From: Elusimicrobiota bacterium
GTDB taxonomy: Bacteria; Elusimicrobiota; Elusimicrobia; FEN-1173
Direction: 5' to 3'
Length of the DNA stretch: 64,000 bases
Assembly (NCBI GenBank): GCA_041917295.1
Contig: JAYRXX010000006.1
Location: forward strand, 16,876-80,875
A program made the position numbers and the translations under genes. Positions 29,901 through 39,100 of this stretch are shown piece after piece. Below the pieces are notes generated by a model that was not told the origin of the DNA, ran no database searches, and saw nothing but the letters and a program-made list of their open reading frames with translations. The stretch's first letter is position 1. Every line of letters begins with the position of its first letter.

Positions 29901-32627
29901 TGACATGAACCAGGGGAGATGGCTTAAAGTAATCACTTTCAAACTTGAAATGCGTTCAGGCGGAATTCTCTGCAAAATAGACTGAATATCTTCTAGGTAT
30001 TGGAACGGAGTAGTTTCCCAACCTTTTACTTCCAAGCCAGGGAAATGCGCTTGAATTTCATTTACCTTATCCATCTTTTTTCCCATCAGCTTTATTTTCC
30101 AATTAATAAAATGAGGAATGTTAACCAAATCAAAAACCAAGTGGACCGTTGGAACGACGAGCACAATATGGGCCAAATAAATGTCCTGCACAAGAATTGC
30201 CAGTTCGAAAATGGAGTTAAACCCAACAAACGGAAATAACAGGTACAGCATTAAAACAATTCGCCGGATTCTTAAATTGGGAGGGTTTTTGTCATCGATT
30301 TGTGACTCGAGGAAGTCGTGAAAGTAAGAAAATAACAGCAAAAACGGTGTACTCACCCAAAAGGGGGTGCTAACAGAAATCACCACCAAAATTGGGATTT
30401 CAATCACCAGCCCGACAATTCCAATCAAGTCCGCATGTTTGGTCAATGCCTGACCATATTTGTTTTTCATTCGCTGGCCAAAAAATAACGATAAACTCCT
30501 AAACACCGCGGCGGGATTAGAAACAAACATAGGTTTGTCGGGATCAATGTTCCCTGCTTGGGGGCGGGAAAATTTGGATCTTATGAATTCCAAGGCCGAG
30601 TGCCACTTTGACGACTGGATGGAACTCTGGGTCGCTTGAGCGATAACGCCCCCTTCCGTTTTAACATCAAGTTCCGTGGCACTGTTGCCATTCTGGATTC
30701 GGACGGTGGCGCGGGTTTGAGAAATTTTCAAAAGAGACAAGGTTCCCAGCCCGCCCAAAGAAGCGTAAATGACGGGAACAGTGGATTCAGAGTCGCCCAC
30801 GGCGAGCCCCAGGAGGGCGGCAACAACAGCCACGAGGGCGGGCAAAAACGTGCGCGTCAATGTCAGTGGGGCGGGATGCTGTGACAGGAATAATTTCTCC
30901 CCCTCAAACAACCGCTCCAGAGGTGTTCTCTCCTGGGTGAAGACGGAGAGGTAGGTCGAACCTTGAACGGAATCTATCTTTTCAATTTTTGGAACATACG
31001 AAATAACCGTGGCCCCCGTTTGGGTCAACAGATCGGCCATGCCTTCGGCGTGGAAACCGCCGGTGACCAACAGGCCGATAGGTGGAGAGAATGTGGCGGA
31101 TTTTGGATCTAGGTCCAGGGCCGCCAAAAGATTTTGGGCCATGGCCGTGTCTCGGGCTTCGGCTTCCCGGTAAAACGATTCGAAAGAGGCGAGCACCCCG
31201 TCGTTTGCGAGCGGAGAGAAAAAAACTTCCAGGTTTCCTTTCCCCCCTTCATATTCCTTCCATTCCGGCGGGGTTAAACTGAAATCCACCAGTTTGGATG
31301 TCAGCCAGGCTTGGCGCGACTGGGCAGCCAGGGCTTTCTCTTCCGAAGTGGGCGCCAGTGCGTCGTAGGCGGCTTTTTCCAGAGAGGACATTTCGTTCAA
31401 TAATTTTTCCGCGTCGATCCCGTCGCAGAGAAGAACATATCGAACATACTCGTCCATGGCGGGGTAATCCGACAGGCGGATCCCTTTTTTCGCGCAGGTT
31501 TCTCTGAGTTGTCCGTAGAAGTCCCCGTACCGCAGTTCGCCCGTTCGATAGGCTACGCTTTGGGCCATCAGCTCGTTGATCTCTTGTGTGCTGAGAAAGT
31601 TCGTCAGCTTTTCAATCAGCCGGGATCGTTCGGCTTCCACCTGTTTAAAGTCGAGGGATCGCTCCGTGTTTAAAGCCTGCGTCAATTTGTCGACGTTCCG
31701 TAACGAAGAAGACTGGATTCCGGCTAACCCCATGCCGGAATGACGGGAGTAGTTGTTCTCCTTCCTTGAAACGATTTCCACCAGCACGCCCACATAGTCG
31801 CCCAAGGACACGCTGTCGGCTCGATATCCCGACACGGTCTCGTCAAGGGCCAAAAGGGCAGGTGAAAAAACCGATTTCTTCTGCTCGTCAATTTTCAATT
31901 GGTGGGCTTTGATCAGTCGGCGGGTTTCGTCCAGTTTCGGGGCGGAATCTTTGTAGGCCTGGACGTTGGCGGCGTAATGGACGGGATCGTCGATGCCCAG
32001 GATGCGGGGCAGTTTGCCCGATGCCGTCAAGGCCGCGTGGATGGGGCCGGAAATCTTGTTTTCCCTCAACAGATAATCCGCTGTCAGTTCAACGGCTTTC
32101 CTGTTGGGGAAATCCACAAAGGGCTGGAGGGCAATGTCTTCGGTGGATCCCTCCAGGGCCACAAGGCCCACCTTTCCGGAATTCAACAAAGTCGCCACCG
32201 TCTCCCGGATATTTTTCTGGGCTTCGGCGTTCATGTGAACGTCTTGGATGTGGATCACCACCGGCCCACGTGCACCGGCGTTTTTCCCAAGGGAGACCTT
32301 TCGCACGCTCCCGTGGACGGGAGAGAGCGCGGTCAAAAGATCGGCGTGACTTTTTAAAAAGGATTTAGGGAGTGACCGAACAACCGATGGGGTGAGCGAC
32401 GAACGAACCATTTGCGGCGAAGGAAATTGCGCCGCCAGGTTGTCCCCCGCTCGGTGTCCAAGCGGAAGAGAAGCCAATACACTGGGAGACGTTCGCCGAG
32501 CCACCTGGCGCCGTTGGTCCCAAAAACTCTTTTCCGGCTGATACGCAAACAGGCTCTGGGTGGCCAGGAGGGCCCCAGAAATCACAAAACCCGCGACTTT
32601 CTTTGCATCGAGCGTGGGACGTTTCAC
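26988..32627 (-). CDS. Giant A: 1879-aa exported modular protein (signal peptide, TIKI/TraB-like module, TM bundles, HExxH peptidase-like domain)
   Basis: Uninterrupted ORF from GTG 32627; signal-like N-terminus ending SLFA; QDVH/EG/RD..M/GGFH motifs; HEIGH at 29799-29813; several hydrophobic bundles. Confidence 0.85.
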   Translation of the reverse strand: MKRPTLDAKKVAGFVISGALLATQSLFAYQPEKSFWDQRRQVARRTSPSVLASLPLGHRAGDNLAAQFPSPQMVRSSLTPSVVRSLPKSFLKSHADLLTALSPVHGSVRKVSLGKNAGARGPVVIHIQDVHMNAEAQKNIRETVATLLNSGKVGLVALEGSTEDIALQPFVDFPNRKAVELTADYLLRENKISGPIHAALTASGKLPRILGIDDPVHYAANVQAYKDSAPKLDETRRLIKAHQLKIDEQKKSVFSPALLALDETVSGYRADSVSLGDYVGVLVEIVSRKENNYSRHSGMGLAGIQSSSLRNVDKLTQALNTERSLDFKQVEAERSRLIEKLTNFLSTQEINELMAQSVAYRTGELRYGDFYGQLRETCAKKGIRLSDYPAMDEYVRYVLLCDGIDAEKLLNEMSSLEKAAYDALAPTSEEKALAAQSRQAWLTSKLVDFSLTPPEWKEYEGGKGNLEVFFSPLANDGVLASFESFYREAEARDTAMAQNLLAALDLDPKSATFSPPIGLLVTGGFHAEGMADLLTQTGATVISYVPKIEKIDSVQGSTYLSVFTQERTPLERLFEGEKLFLSQHPAPLTLTRTFLPALVAVVAALLGLAVGDSESTVPVIYASLGGLGTLSLLKISQTRATVRIQNGNSATELDVKTEGGVIAQATQSSIQSSKWHSALEFIRSKFSRPQAGNIDPDKPMFVSNPAAVFRSLSLFFGQRMKNKYGQALTKHADLIGIVGLVIEIPILVVISVSTPFWVSTPFLLLFSYFHDFLESQIDDKNPPNLRIRRIVLMLYLLFPFVGFNSIFELAILVQDIYLAHIVLVVPTVHLVFDLVNIPHFINWKIKLMGKKMDKVNEIQAHFPGLEVKGWETTPFQYLEDIQSILQRIPPERISSLKVITLSHLPWFMSFRFGGSFSYDGHLIVRVSPWRGRFRNVFAHEIGHALHHSNPDSLHYIEDLAWEIKDNPTIIDEILSKLIPGYLHTPQQNKSGMFVSAYSLTHSMEHYAELIRVCLLYPQEMNKREELADVKKRLSSYLGVDFNKPVFNDVFETVSINWLRISFLLSLWVHLCFLFPQQGLIFSLLPFIFGFFYSRFNYLFERYFGNVISKSFAKLLINLRSVKFVPAFPDARIKLNNIMKLALYGSIAIILSFIVGLLILIPIPQYQYVRHIGDLSFDTEQVLVFTEGQKYRARYYKQDYRIDRLATNYKDIDGDIEVHRAGERLASFYESFKSLPVQRDLGFADPNELRIATVIQWMIHNHQERLTYVPNPKDAVLNQLGYLSEFVNNIEFRYEYRAKRDGATEANKQPLVIVATIRNTNGSKPVTDSAKPGTSVIVAQSSAKAYLEPTTDLANMGISVANETSPVEKPLGKPQGPSVLVRDPSITPADVDRVKKLFVERTKTLVERDIPRLVMRSHRPTEFEITLFHRFRFVAGLKYNAVETLKGVYAKSDDFFSPLYEVNDSLREIFLKGANIKKPLDPESGRGTSLWGLKFAEWMGSKVDPKQGSERFGAAYKRFAALIEWSFSAKVAFWGFMGTLAFAGTAFGWLMAPVAGLVYGILFFGSHFIPESLAPVTKVKVGVVQALLMGVIYGVLISVTPYLLGAVPLLGIPEFGVLAGGAVWALAGLLHHSFDKENLRKEGQEAAWKLIKQLSHVQGAFEVVMPGIHNGHTEEIVGNGNSLPEWLTKTLSRLKTDKEFRMGFLGVVQTAIAQENVSGSSLNLLSALVMAATGQPIAHVHILGNSQEQELQTLQGLIEREGKTSSGFSVALVVSESQRIKFKTMIDMFEARGGAVFSVDIQDHGWSKEVLVDLDNKMAPFLAKANGIVATVGENVGINRTAVEALNPDSKLRTALMNALTLTEVVETFLRFLRHLASNA

Positions 32628-32660
32628 ACCCCGATTCTACCACGCCCGCCCAGAAGATCC

Positions 32661-32689
32661 CCTTAAGAACTTGTAACAAAACAGTAAAC
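32661..32689 (-). promoter_or_regulatory. Conserved upstream element of giant A: TTTACT-N5-GTTACA-N4-CTTAAGG
   Basis: Same three blocks and spacing as 47451-47478; ends 33 nt upstream of the start codon. Confidence 0.7.
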
Positions 32690-32792
32690 GCGGGGCCCCC
32701 GGGGAGTTCCCCATTTCACCGAGAGTAAAAGGATGCAAACGGTATAGGCCATACCGCCCGAAAAGATTGTTTCCGTTAAATCGCGGTTTTGA

Positions 32793-33071
32793 TCAACATG
32801 TCCCTTTAAAGGCGGGGATACTTGTAAATTTCGGCAAGAACAATGGGCGGTTTTTTGTTCTCCCCAACAGGAGCCCGCTTCCAAAAAAAGGAGGGATCCG
32901 CAACAAGGCCTTCTGATCTTCCCAAATATCCCAATTGAAATACCCCCCGGGGGATGAGGGCAAAAGACTCTTCGCCAACGTGATTTTCCCTACCTGCCGC
33001 GGATCGGCGATAAACGCCATTTTCTTTTCTTCCGCCAACAATCGTTTCATTTCCGAGGTCAGATAGCGCAC
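32793..33071 (-). pseudogene. Degraded AAA_14-type ATP-binding protein fragment
   Basis: KMAFIADPRQVGKIT (decayed GPRQVGKTT) and YFNWD; a Walker-B-like remnant IVLAEIYKYPRL lies in another frame after a T run and is followed by a stop. Confidence 0.7.
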
Positions 33072-33085
33072 AGCTATACTCTATA

Positions 33086-33123
33086 TAGCCCTATAAAAAA
33101 GTCTCGACTTTTTAATAGGGCTA
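33086..33123. terminator. AT-rich near-perfect palindrome just downstream of the sulfite reductase gene
   Basis: TAGCCCTATAAAAAAGTC-TC-GACTTTTTAATAGGGCTA: 18-bp arms, one mismatch, 2-nt loop. Confidence 0.5.
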
Positions 33124-33131
33124 GAGAGAGT

Positions 33132-35363
33132 TTACGCGGCGCATTCGCCCACGCCGATGTCGGGTTTGAAGTCGGTGGTTTCGCCCCAATCGAAATACAG
33201 AGTTGGATTTTCCGCATAGGGGGGCAACGTGGTGAATTCCTGAACCAAATCTTTTACCCGTGTTTTTCCCACCCGGTCGAACCAATCATTAAACGTCTCC
33301 CCGGATTTTTTTTCTACTTTAAATGCTCCGATCACTTTTTTGACCGCGTCGGGCACACGCCGGGCCGGGAGAGCCCCGATCACTTGACCAAAGCGCGCTT
33401 CTCCTTCTTTGGTGAACCCGCCGGCCAGCATCATGTAATGGGGCACGGGCCGATCGTTGATCTTTCGGTAGGTCCCATAAAAACCGAGACTGCCAATGTG
33501 GTGTTGTCCGCAACTGTTGGTGCATCCGGAAATTTTAATGTGAACGCCTTCCATGTCCACGTCGGCCGACAACCCGTCGGTAAACAACCCGCCGATGGCT
33601 TTGGCCAGTTCCCGCGATTTGGTCACGGCAATTTGGCAGGTGTCCGCGCCAGGGCAACGGGTGATGTCGGATAACCGGTTCCCCCCCGCGGTGGCCAACC
33701 CGGCTTTCACCAAGGCGTTGTAAACCGTCGGCAAATGCTCGTTTCGAATCCATCGCAACAAGAAGTTTTGTTCCACCGTCGTGCGCAACCGCCCGCCGTT
33801 CAACCGCCGCGACAGATCCGCCAACGCGCGCATTTGGCCCACCGTGATGTCGCCCAAAGGAAGAACCACCGTGGCCCAACTGTAACCCGCTTGACGTTGC
33901 GCGGCCACGTTCGTGGCCTTCCAACGGTCAAACCCCGGCGCGGGGGGTTCCACGGCGACGGATCCCGCCGCCAAAGCCGGCGCGGTTTCTTCCGTCACAG
34001 GAACCGTCCAATCGATGGATCCGGCCCGGGTGGTTAAGACGGCACGCCGTTCGGCTTGAAACTTCTTGCGAAATTCATCGGCCCCCCACTTCTTAACCAA
34101 AAACTTAATCCGGGCGTGGAGCTTGTCGGTTCGGTCGCCGAACCGATCGAACATCCGCACCACGGTTTCGATCGTCGGCATTAAAAGGTCCGCGGGGGTG
34201 AACTCTTCCAACCGAATCGCCACCTGGGGCGTCGCACCCAAACCGCCGCCCACGTAGGTGCGAAACCCGCGCACGCCGTTGCGGATTTCCGCCACAAACG
34301 CCATGTCGTGGATGGGCGTCAGGGCATAATCCGTGGGGGTGCTTTCAAACGCAATTTTGAATTTGCGGGGCAAGTTTTGGCTCAGCGGGTTGCGAAGAAA
34401 AAACTTAAACGCCGCGTCGGCGTACGGGGCCACGTCAAACACATCGTCCGGATGAACCCCCGAGTATGGGTTGGCCGTGATGTTTCGAACCGTGTTGCCG
34501 CACCCTTCCCGCGGCGTCAAACCGGACTCGGCCAAACGGCGAATGACCTTCGGCGTGTCTTCCAAAGGAACCATGTGAATCTGCAAATTCTGACGGGTGG
34601 TGAAATGACCGATCTTGGATGGGGCAAATGTTTCGGTCACGTCAGCCATGGCTTCCAGCTGATCGGGCGTGAGTTTTCCGAAAGGGACCTTGATGCGAAT
34701 CATTTGTTTGTCCACTTGGTTGCGGATGCCGTAAATGCCGTTGTTGAGGCGAAACCGCCGAAAGTCGTCCATTTCCATTTTGCCGGCTTTCAAGGCGCGG
34801 ATGTTTTCCTCGGCTTGCCGGATTTCATTTTCAACCGATTCGGGTAGGGCGTAAGGCATGGACGACTCCTTGATTAACTCAATGGGTTCCTCAATAAACG
34901 GCGCCGATTCCTCGTCGCGAAACCAGGAACGGGCCTCATCAAACCGGCCTTTTTTTACCGACACGATTACGTTGGACCAACCGGCCAACAACGGTTGGGC
35001 CGCGTCGGTGGCGCTGGGCCGCGCCGGGTGGTCGGGATGGGTGTGCAGAACCCCCACCAAATCCAACCCGTCCTTTTCGGCTTCCAAAACCGCCCGGTTA
35101 AACGCCGCCGGGTCCATCACAAATTCGAACTCACCCTCTGTATCGGCCCGCGCTCCCAACGTGTCCCGGGCCGTATCCAATACACTGGGCCGCGCGGATG
35201 TTTTTTCGCGCAAAAGGTTCGCCAGCGGGACAAACCGTTCCACACGCCGGACCCCTCCCGGCATAAACCGTCCCACCAAAACGCCGCACCCTTCGTAAGG
35301 GTAACAGGACTGGGACCACTCCCGAAGAAATTCCCGAACCGACGAACTCCACACCAAACTCAT
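33132..35363 (-). CDS. Mec/JAB (MPN+) metallopeptidase fused in frame to a ferredoxin-dependent siroheme sulfite/nitrite reductase
   Basis: N-terminal YPYEGCG and HTHPDHPARPSATD (JAMM HxHx7Sx2D); from M169: FTTRQNLQIH, GCGNTVRN, LPRKFK, CPGADTC and SGCTNSCGQH cluster/siroheme ligands. Confidence 0.88.
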   Translation of the reverse strand: MSLVWSSSVREFLREWSQSCYPYEGCGVLVGRFMPGGVRRVERFVPLANLLREKTSARPSVLDTARDTLGARADTEGEFEFVMDPAAFNRAVLEAEKDGLDLVGVLHTHPDHPARPSATDAAQPLLAGWSNVIVSVKKGRFDEARSWFRDEESAPFIEEPIELIKESSMPYALPESVENEIRQAEENIRALKAGKMEMDDFRRFRLNNGIYGIRNQVDKQMIRIKVPFGKLTPDQLEAMADVTETFAPSKIGHFTTRQNLQIHMVPLEDTPKVIRRLAESGLTPREGCGNTVRNITANPYSGVHPDDVFDVAPYADAAFKFFLRNPLSQNLPRKFKIAFESTPTDYALTPIHDMAFVAEIRNGVRGFRTYVGGGLGATPQVAIRLEEFTPADLLMPTIETVVRMFDRFGDRTDKLHARIKFLVKKWGADEFRKKFQAERRAVLTTRAGSIDWTVPVTEETAPALAAGSVAVEPPAPGFDRWKATNVAAQRQAGYSWATVVLPLGDITVGQMRALADLSRRLNGGRLRTTVEQNFLLRWIRNEHLPTVYNALVKAGLATAGGNRLSDITRCPGADTCQIAVTKSRELAKAIGGLFTDGLSADVDMEGVHIKISGCTNSCGQHHIGSLGFYGTYRKINDRPVPHYMMLAGGFTKEGEARFGQVIGALPARRVPDAVKKVIGAFKVEKKSGETFNDWFDRVGKTRVKDLVQEFTTLPPYAENPTLYFDWGETTDFKPDIGVGECAA

Positions 35364-36310
35364 AAATCGTGCCCTTTCATGTAATCCTCAAAGTTGTCCA
35401 ACAAGTCCCCCCAGTAGCGCGTGTGAAGATAGCGTTCCCCCGAGTCGGGAAGAACCGTCACGATCACGCCTTCCTTGAGCCCATGAGCCACTTCAAACAC
35501 ACCGTGGACCGCGGCGCCGCACGAATAGCCCACCAAAATGCCTTCTTCCCGGGCCATGCGACAACACATTTCGTAGGCGTCTTCCGTGAACACAGACACC
35601 TTGCGATCGTGCACCCGAGGATCGTAGATACCCGGCACAATCGACGTTTCCATGTGTTTCAAACCCTCCAACCCGTGCAACGGCGTGGCGGGCTCAACAG
35701 CGATAATCTGGATGGCCGGGTTTAATTCTTTCAACCGCCGGCCGGTTCCCATCAGTGTGCCGCTGGTGCCGATCCCCGCCACAAAATGGGTGATGCGCCC
35801 TTCGGTTTGACGCCAAATTTCTTCGGCGGTGGTTTTGTAATGGGCCCTCCAGTTATTGGGATTGTTATACTGGTCGGGCATGTAGTAACGACCGGGATGG
35901 GCCTCGTAAATTCGGTGGGATTCCAGTTGGGCGCCGTCGGTGCCTTCCATCGGGTCGGTAAAAGTCACCTTCGCGCCGAAGGCTTCGATCAACCGGCTTT
36001 TTTCCGAGGCGTTTTGGGGCATCACCAACTGAACCCGAATCCCCAACGCGGCGCCAATCATGGCGTAGGCGATTCCTGTGTTGCCCGACGTGGAATCCAA
36101 CAAAATTTTATCTTTCGTCAGCTCCCCAGAGGCGATGGCTTCCAACATCATGTTTTTGGCGGCGCGGTCTTTCACCGACCCGCCGGGGTTCATGAACTCC
36201 GCTTTCGCAAAAACCGACACGCCCTCCGGAACCCACCGGGACAACCGATCCAATCGCAGAAGAGGGGTGTTCCCAATCCGTTCCAGCAACCCCACGCCCA
36301 GGGTGGTCAT
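35360..36310 (-). CDS. cysM: PLP-dependent cysteine synthase family protein (CysM-like)
   Basis: IGNTPL, NPGGSVKDR (PLP lysine), TSGNTG, GIGTSGT, LPDSGERY. Confidence 0.88.
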   Translation of the reverse strand: MTTLGVGLLERIGNTPLLRLDRLSRWVPEGVSVFAKAEFMNPGGSVKDRAAKNMMLEAIASGELTKDKILLDSTSGNTGIAYAMIGAALGIRVQLVMPQNASEKSRLIEAFGAKVTFTDPMEGTDGAQLESHRIYEAHPGRYYMPDQYNNPNNWRAHYKTTAEEIWRQTEGRITHFVAGIGTSGTLMGTGRRLKELNPAIQIIAVEPATPLHGLEGLKHMETSIVPGIYDPRVHDRKVSVFTEDAYEMCCRMAREEGILVGYSCGAAVHGVFEVAHGLKEGVIVTVLPDSGERYLHTRYWGDLLDNFEDYMKGHDL

Positions 36311-37299
36311 GGGATCCCCAACGACTTGGAAATCTCGTCGGCCTCGCGATTTTTGGCCAACCCCCGCCGGTAAAGATGCGTCACCGCCGGTTGAGTGATC
36401 CCCAACAAGTCGGCCACATCAATTTTGCGCATGCCGCACCGCTCCGACAACAAATACGATGCCATCGATCGCGCCTCCGCCCCGATCCGGGTTGATTTTC
36501 CCCGCCTCGACAACGTCTTTTCCGGCAGGCCAAAATAAGTTTCGATCCCCCGAATAAAACGGTCGGCCAAAACCGGATCCGGGGCCTTGTTCCGAACCGC
36601 TGAGGCTGAAGGCAAAACGCTTTCAACGAACGCGCGTCCCCCCAACACCCGGGAGTCGAACGATCCCGCCGCGTTCCGGCCCACAACCACATCCATCCCC
36701 CGGGCACTGCGGACCAACCCGCCACCAGACAAATCCGGCTGGGATTTTTTCCTTTCGGCCACGTGCGCGGCGTAGTTTTTAATACCCGTCGGACCACGCC
36801 CCCCAAACGCCTCCCACACCGCGTCCACCGCCTGCCAGGAGGCCTTTTCCAGCCCCAACAGGGCCCGATGGCCGCTCCACGGATAGGATTCCAAAGCGTC
36901 CAAGGAGCCCACCGTGTTTTCTTTCAAAGGAATCAAATGAACGTAAGCCACCAAATCTTTAAAAAAGACCGAGCGGTCGCATACGGTGGACTTGTAGCGG
37001 TTTTTGAACAAGCGCCCGGAACGATTGTGTTGCCGGTTAAAATACCCCGCGTATCGTGTGGACAGACGGTTCATCAATTCCGACAATGGCCGGGACCCCG
37101 TTTCGAGCAGAACGTGAAAATGCGTGGGCAAAAGCGCCCAGGCGTAACAGGTAAACCCGCCCTCTTTAATTAACTCCGCCAACGCGTCTCGAAACACAGC
37201 GTAGTCGGACCGGTCAATAAATAATTTCTGCCGATCGTTGCCCCGGTTGATCACATGATGCAACAGCCCCGGCGCGTCCAAACGGGCTTGGCGGGGCAC
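36307..37299 (-). mobile_element. Y1/HUH transposase-like gene (RAYT/IS200-related) with C-terminal DnaA-C-like HTH
   Basis: HHVINRGNDRQKLF, LLPTHFHVL (HUH), GRLFKNRYKS, YVHL.P, YPWSG; no IS ends visible; stop overlaps the cysM ATG. Confidence 0.8.
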
Positions 37300-37307
37300 A
37301 GGAGATC

Positions 37308-38465
37308 TCAGTATTGAGGGACAGACGGGTCGATCTCTTCTGACCAGGCGCGGATCCCGCCTTTGACGTTCGAGAGTTTTTTAAACCCCATCTGTTTGAG
37401 GATGTGAATGGCTTTGGCACTGCGCACCCCCGACCGGCAATGAACGACGATATCGTCGGCGGTGTCCAGCTCGTTGGCGCGAACCGCTACGTCGGCCAGC
37501 GGAATCAAACGTGCACCGGGCAAACGAGCGATGTCGTATTCGCTGGGTTCGCGCACATCCAACAGCGTGAACTTGTCTTTGCGGTCCATGCGGGCTTTCA
37601 GTTCTTTTACGGTAATTTCGACCAAGGAATCCCCCTGCGTTGCGGACGGTTCGGAACCCCGACCGACGCCGCAAAACTGGTCGTAATCGACCAACTCGGT
37701 GATGGTCGGCCGATCCCCGCACACCGGGCAATGGGGGTTCCGTCTAATTTTAAGTTCATCAAACGACATGTCCAGCGCGTTAAACAGCAACAACCGCCCC
37801 ACCAACGGACGGCCTTTACCTATAATTAGTTTAATGGTTTCGGTGGCTTGAATCAGGCCCACCAGCCCCGGCAAAATTCCCAGCACGCCGCCTTCCGCGC
37901 ACGAGGGCACTTCGCCCGGTGGAGGGGGTTCCGGATACAAGCACCGGTAGCAGGGGCTCTCCGGGTCCCCCGGCTTAAACACCGTGGCTTGGCCGTCGAA
38001 CCGAAAAATCGACGCGTAAACATTGGGCTTCTTTAAAAACACGCAGGAATCGTTGGTGAGGTAGCGGGTTTGAAAATTGTCGGTTCCGTCGACCACGATG
38101 TCGTAGTTTTTAACAATATCCAAGGCCACATCGCGGCGAAACGGGATGTTGTATGTTTTGACGTTCACGTTGGGGTTGATGTCGCGGATGGTTTCCCGGG
38201 CGCTTTCCACTTTAAGTTTGCCCACGTCGTCGGTGCCGTGAATCACCTGCCGGTGAAGGTTGGTGTGGTCCACCACATCAAAATCCACCAGTCCCAATGT
38301 TCCCACCCCGGCCGCTGACAAATACAACGCGTTGGGGGACCCCAACCCGCCGGATCCGATCAAAAGGACTTTCGCATCCATCAATTTTTCTTGGCCTTCC
38401 ACGCCCACCTCGGGCATAATCAAATGCCGCGAGTAACGCAAAACCTGTTCCTGGTTCAATTTCAC
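37308..38465 (-). CDS. moeZ: MoeZ-type adenylyltransferase/sulfurtransferase (ThiF plus rhodanese)
   Basis: RYSRHLIMPEVG, GSGGLGSP, CYRCLYPEPP, CPVCG; C-terminal rhodanese DVREPSE...HCRSGVRS; GTG start overlapping the gph stop. Confidence 0.93.
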   Translation of the reverse strand: MKLNQEQVLRYSRHLIMPEVGVEGQEKLMDAKVLLIGSGGLGSPNALYLSAAGVGTLGLVDFDVVDHTNLHRQVIHGTDDVGKLKVESARETIRDINPNVNVKTYNIPFRRDVALDIVKNYDIVVDGTDNFQTRYLTNDSCVFLKKPNVYASIFRFDGQATVFKPGDPESPCYRCLYPEPPPPGEVPSCAEGGVLGILPGLVGLIQATETIKLIIGKGRPLVGRLLLFNALDMSFDELKIRRNPHCPVCGDRPTITELVDYDQFCGVGRGSEPSATQGDSLVEITVKELKARMDRKDKFTLLDVREPSEYDIARLPGARLIPLADVAVRANELDTADDIVVHCRSGVRSAKAIHILKQMGFKKLSNVKGGIRAWSEEIDPSVPQY

Positions 38466-39100
38466 GACAGCACCTCCCGCAGTTCGGCTAACGAACCGAT
38501 CAAATAGTCTGGTGATAACGCCGCCAAATCCGGACCGGGCCGAAACCCGTATGTCACCGCGGCCGCCCGCACGCCCGCCGACCGGGCCGCGCGAATGTCC
38601 AAGGGGCTGTCGCCCACCATCACCGATGTTTCCCGGGGCGCCCCCAACCGGCGAAGGGCTTCCCACAGGGGTTCGGGATCCGGCTTGCGGGTGGGCAGTG
38701 TATCCCCCGCGATCACCACCGTAAAAAACCCGTCCAGACCCGTGGCTCGCAAGGTTTTTTCCGTGTGCGCCATTGGTTTATTGGTGACCACCGCCATCGC
38801 ACGCCCGCTTAACGCCCTCAACGTTTCAATCACGCCGGGATACAACGCGGTTGTATCGGTGCAATGGTCCAGGTAATAGGGCAAAAACAGGTCCAATGCC
38901 CGTTTCATTGACGCGTCGTCCAGGGGCCCGGCGGCCCGAATCAACAACTGACGAACCCCATCGCCTACCATCCGAGCAACACTGTCCACGGACAACGTGG
39001 GACGTCCCAATCGTTCCAACGTAAAATTAACCCCTTCGGCGATATCCCGACGGCTGTCCACCAGGGTTCCGTCCAAATCGAACAACAACGCTCCCGACAT
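38462..39100 (-). CDS. gph: HAD-family phosphoglycolate phosphatase-like hydrolase
   Basis: FDLDGTLVDS, VVTNKP, KPDPEP, MVGDSPLD. Confidence 0.85.
   Translation of the reverse strand: MSGALLFDLDGTLVDSRRDIAEGVNFTLERLGRPTLSVDSVARMVGDGVRQLLIRAAGPLDDASMKRALDLFLPYYLDHCTDTTALYPGVIETLRALSGRAMAVVTNKPMAHTEKTLRATGLDGFFTVVIAGDTLPTRKPDPEPLWEALRRLGAPRETSVMVGDSPLDIRAARSAGVRAAAVTYGFRPGPDLAALSPDYLIGSLAELREVLS

Noticed and set aside
25531-33131. Prophage or integrative element
   Set aside because: No integrase, phage structural genes, att-like direct repeats or tRNA target seen.
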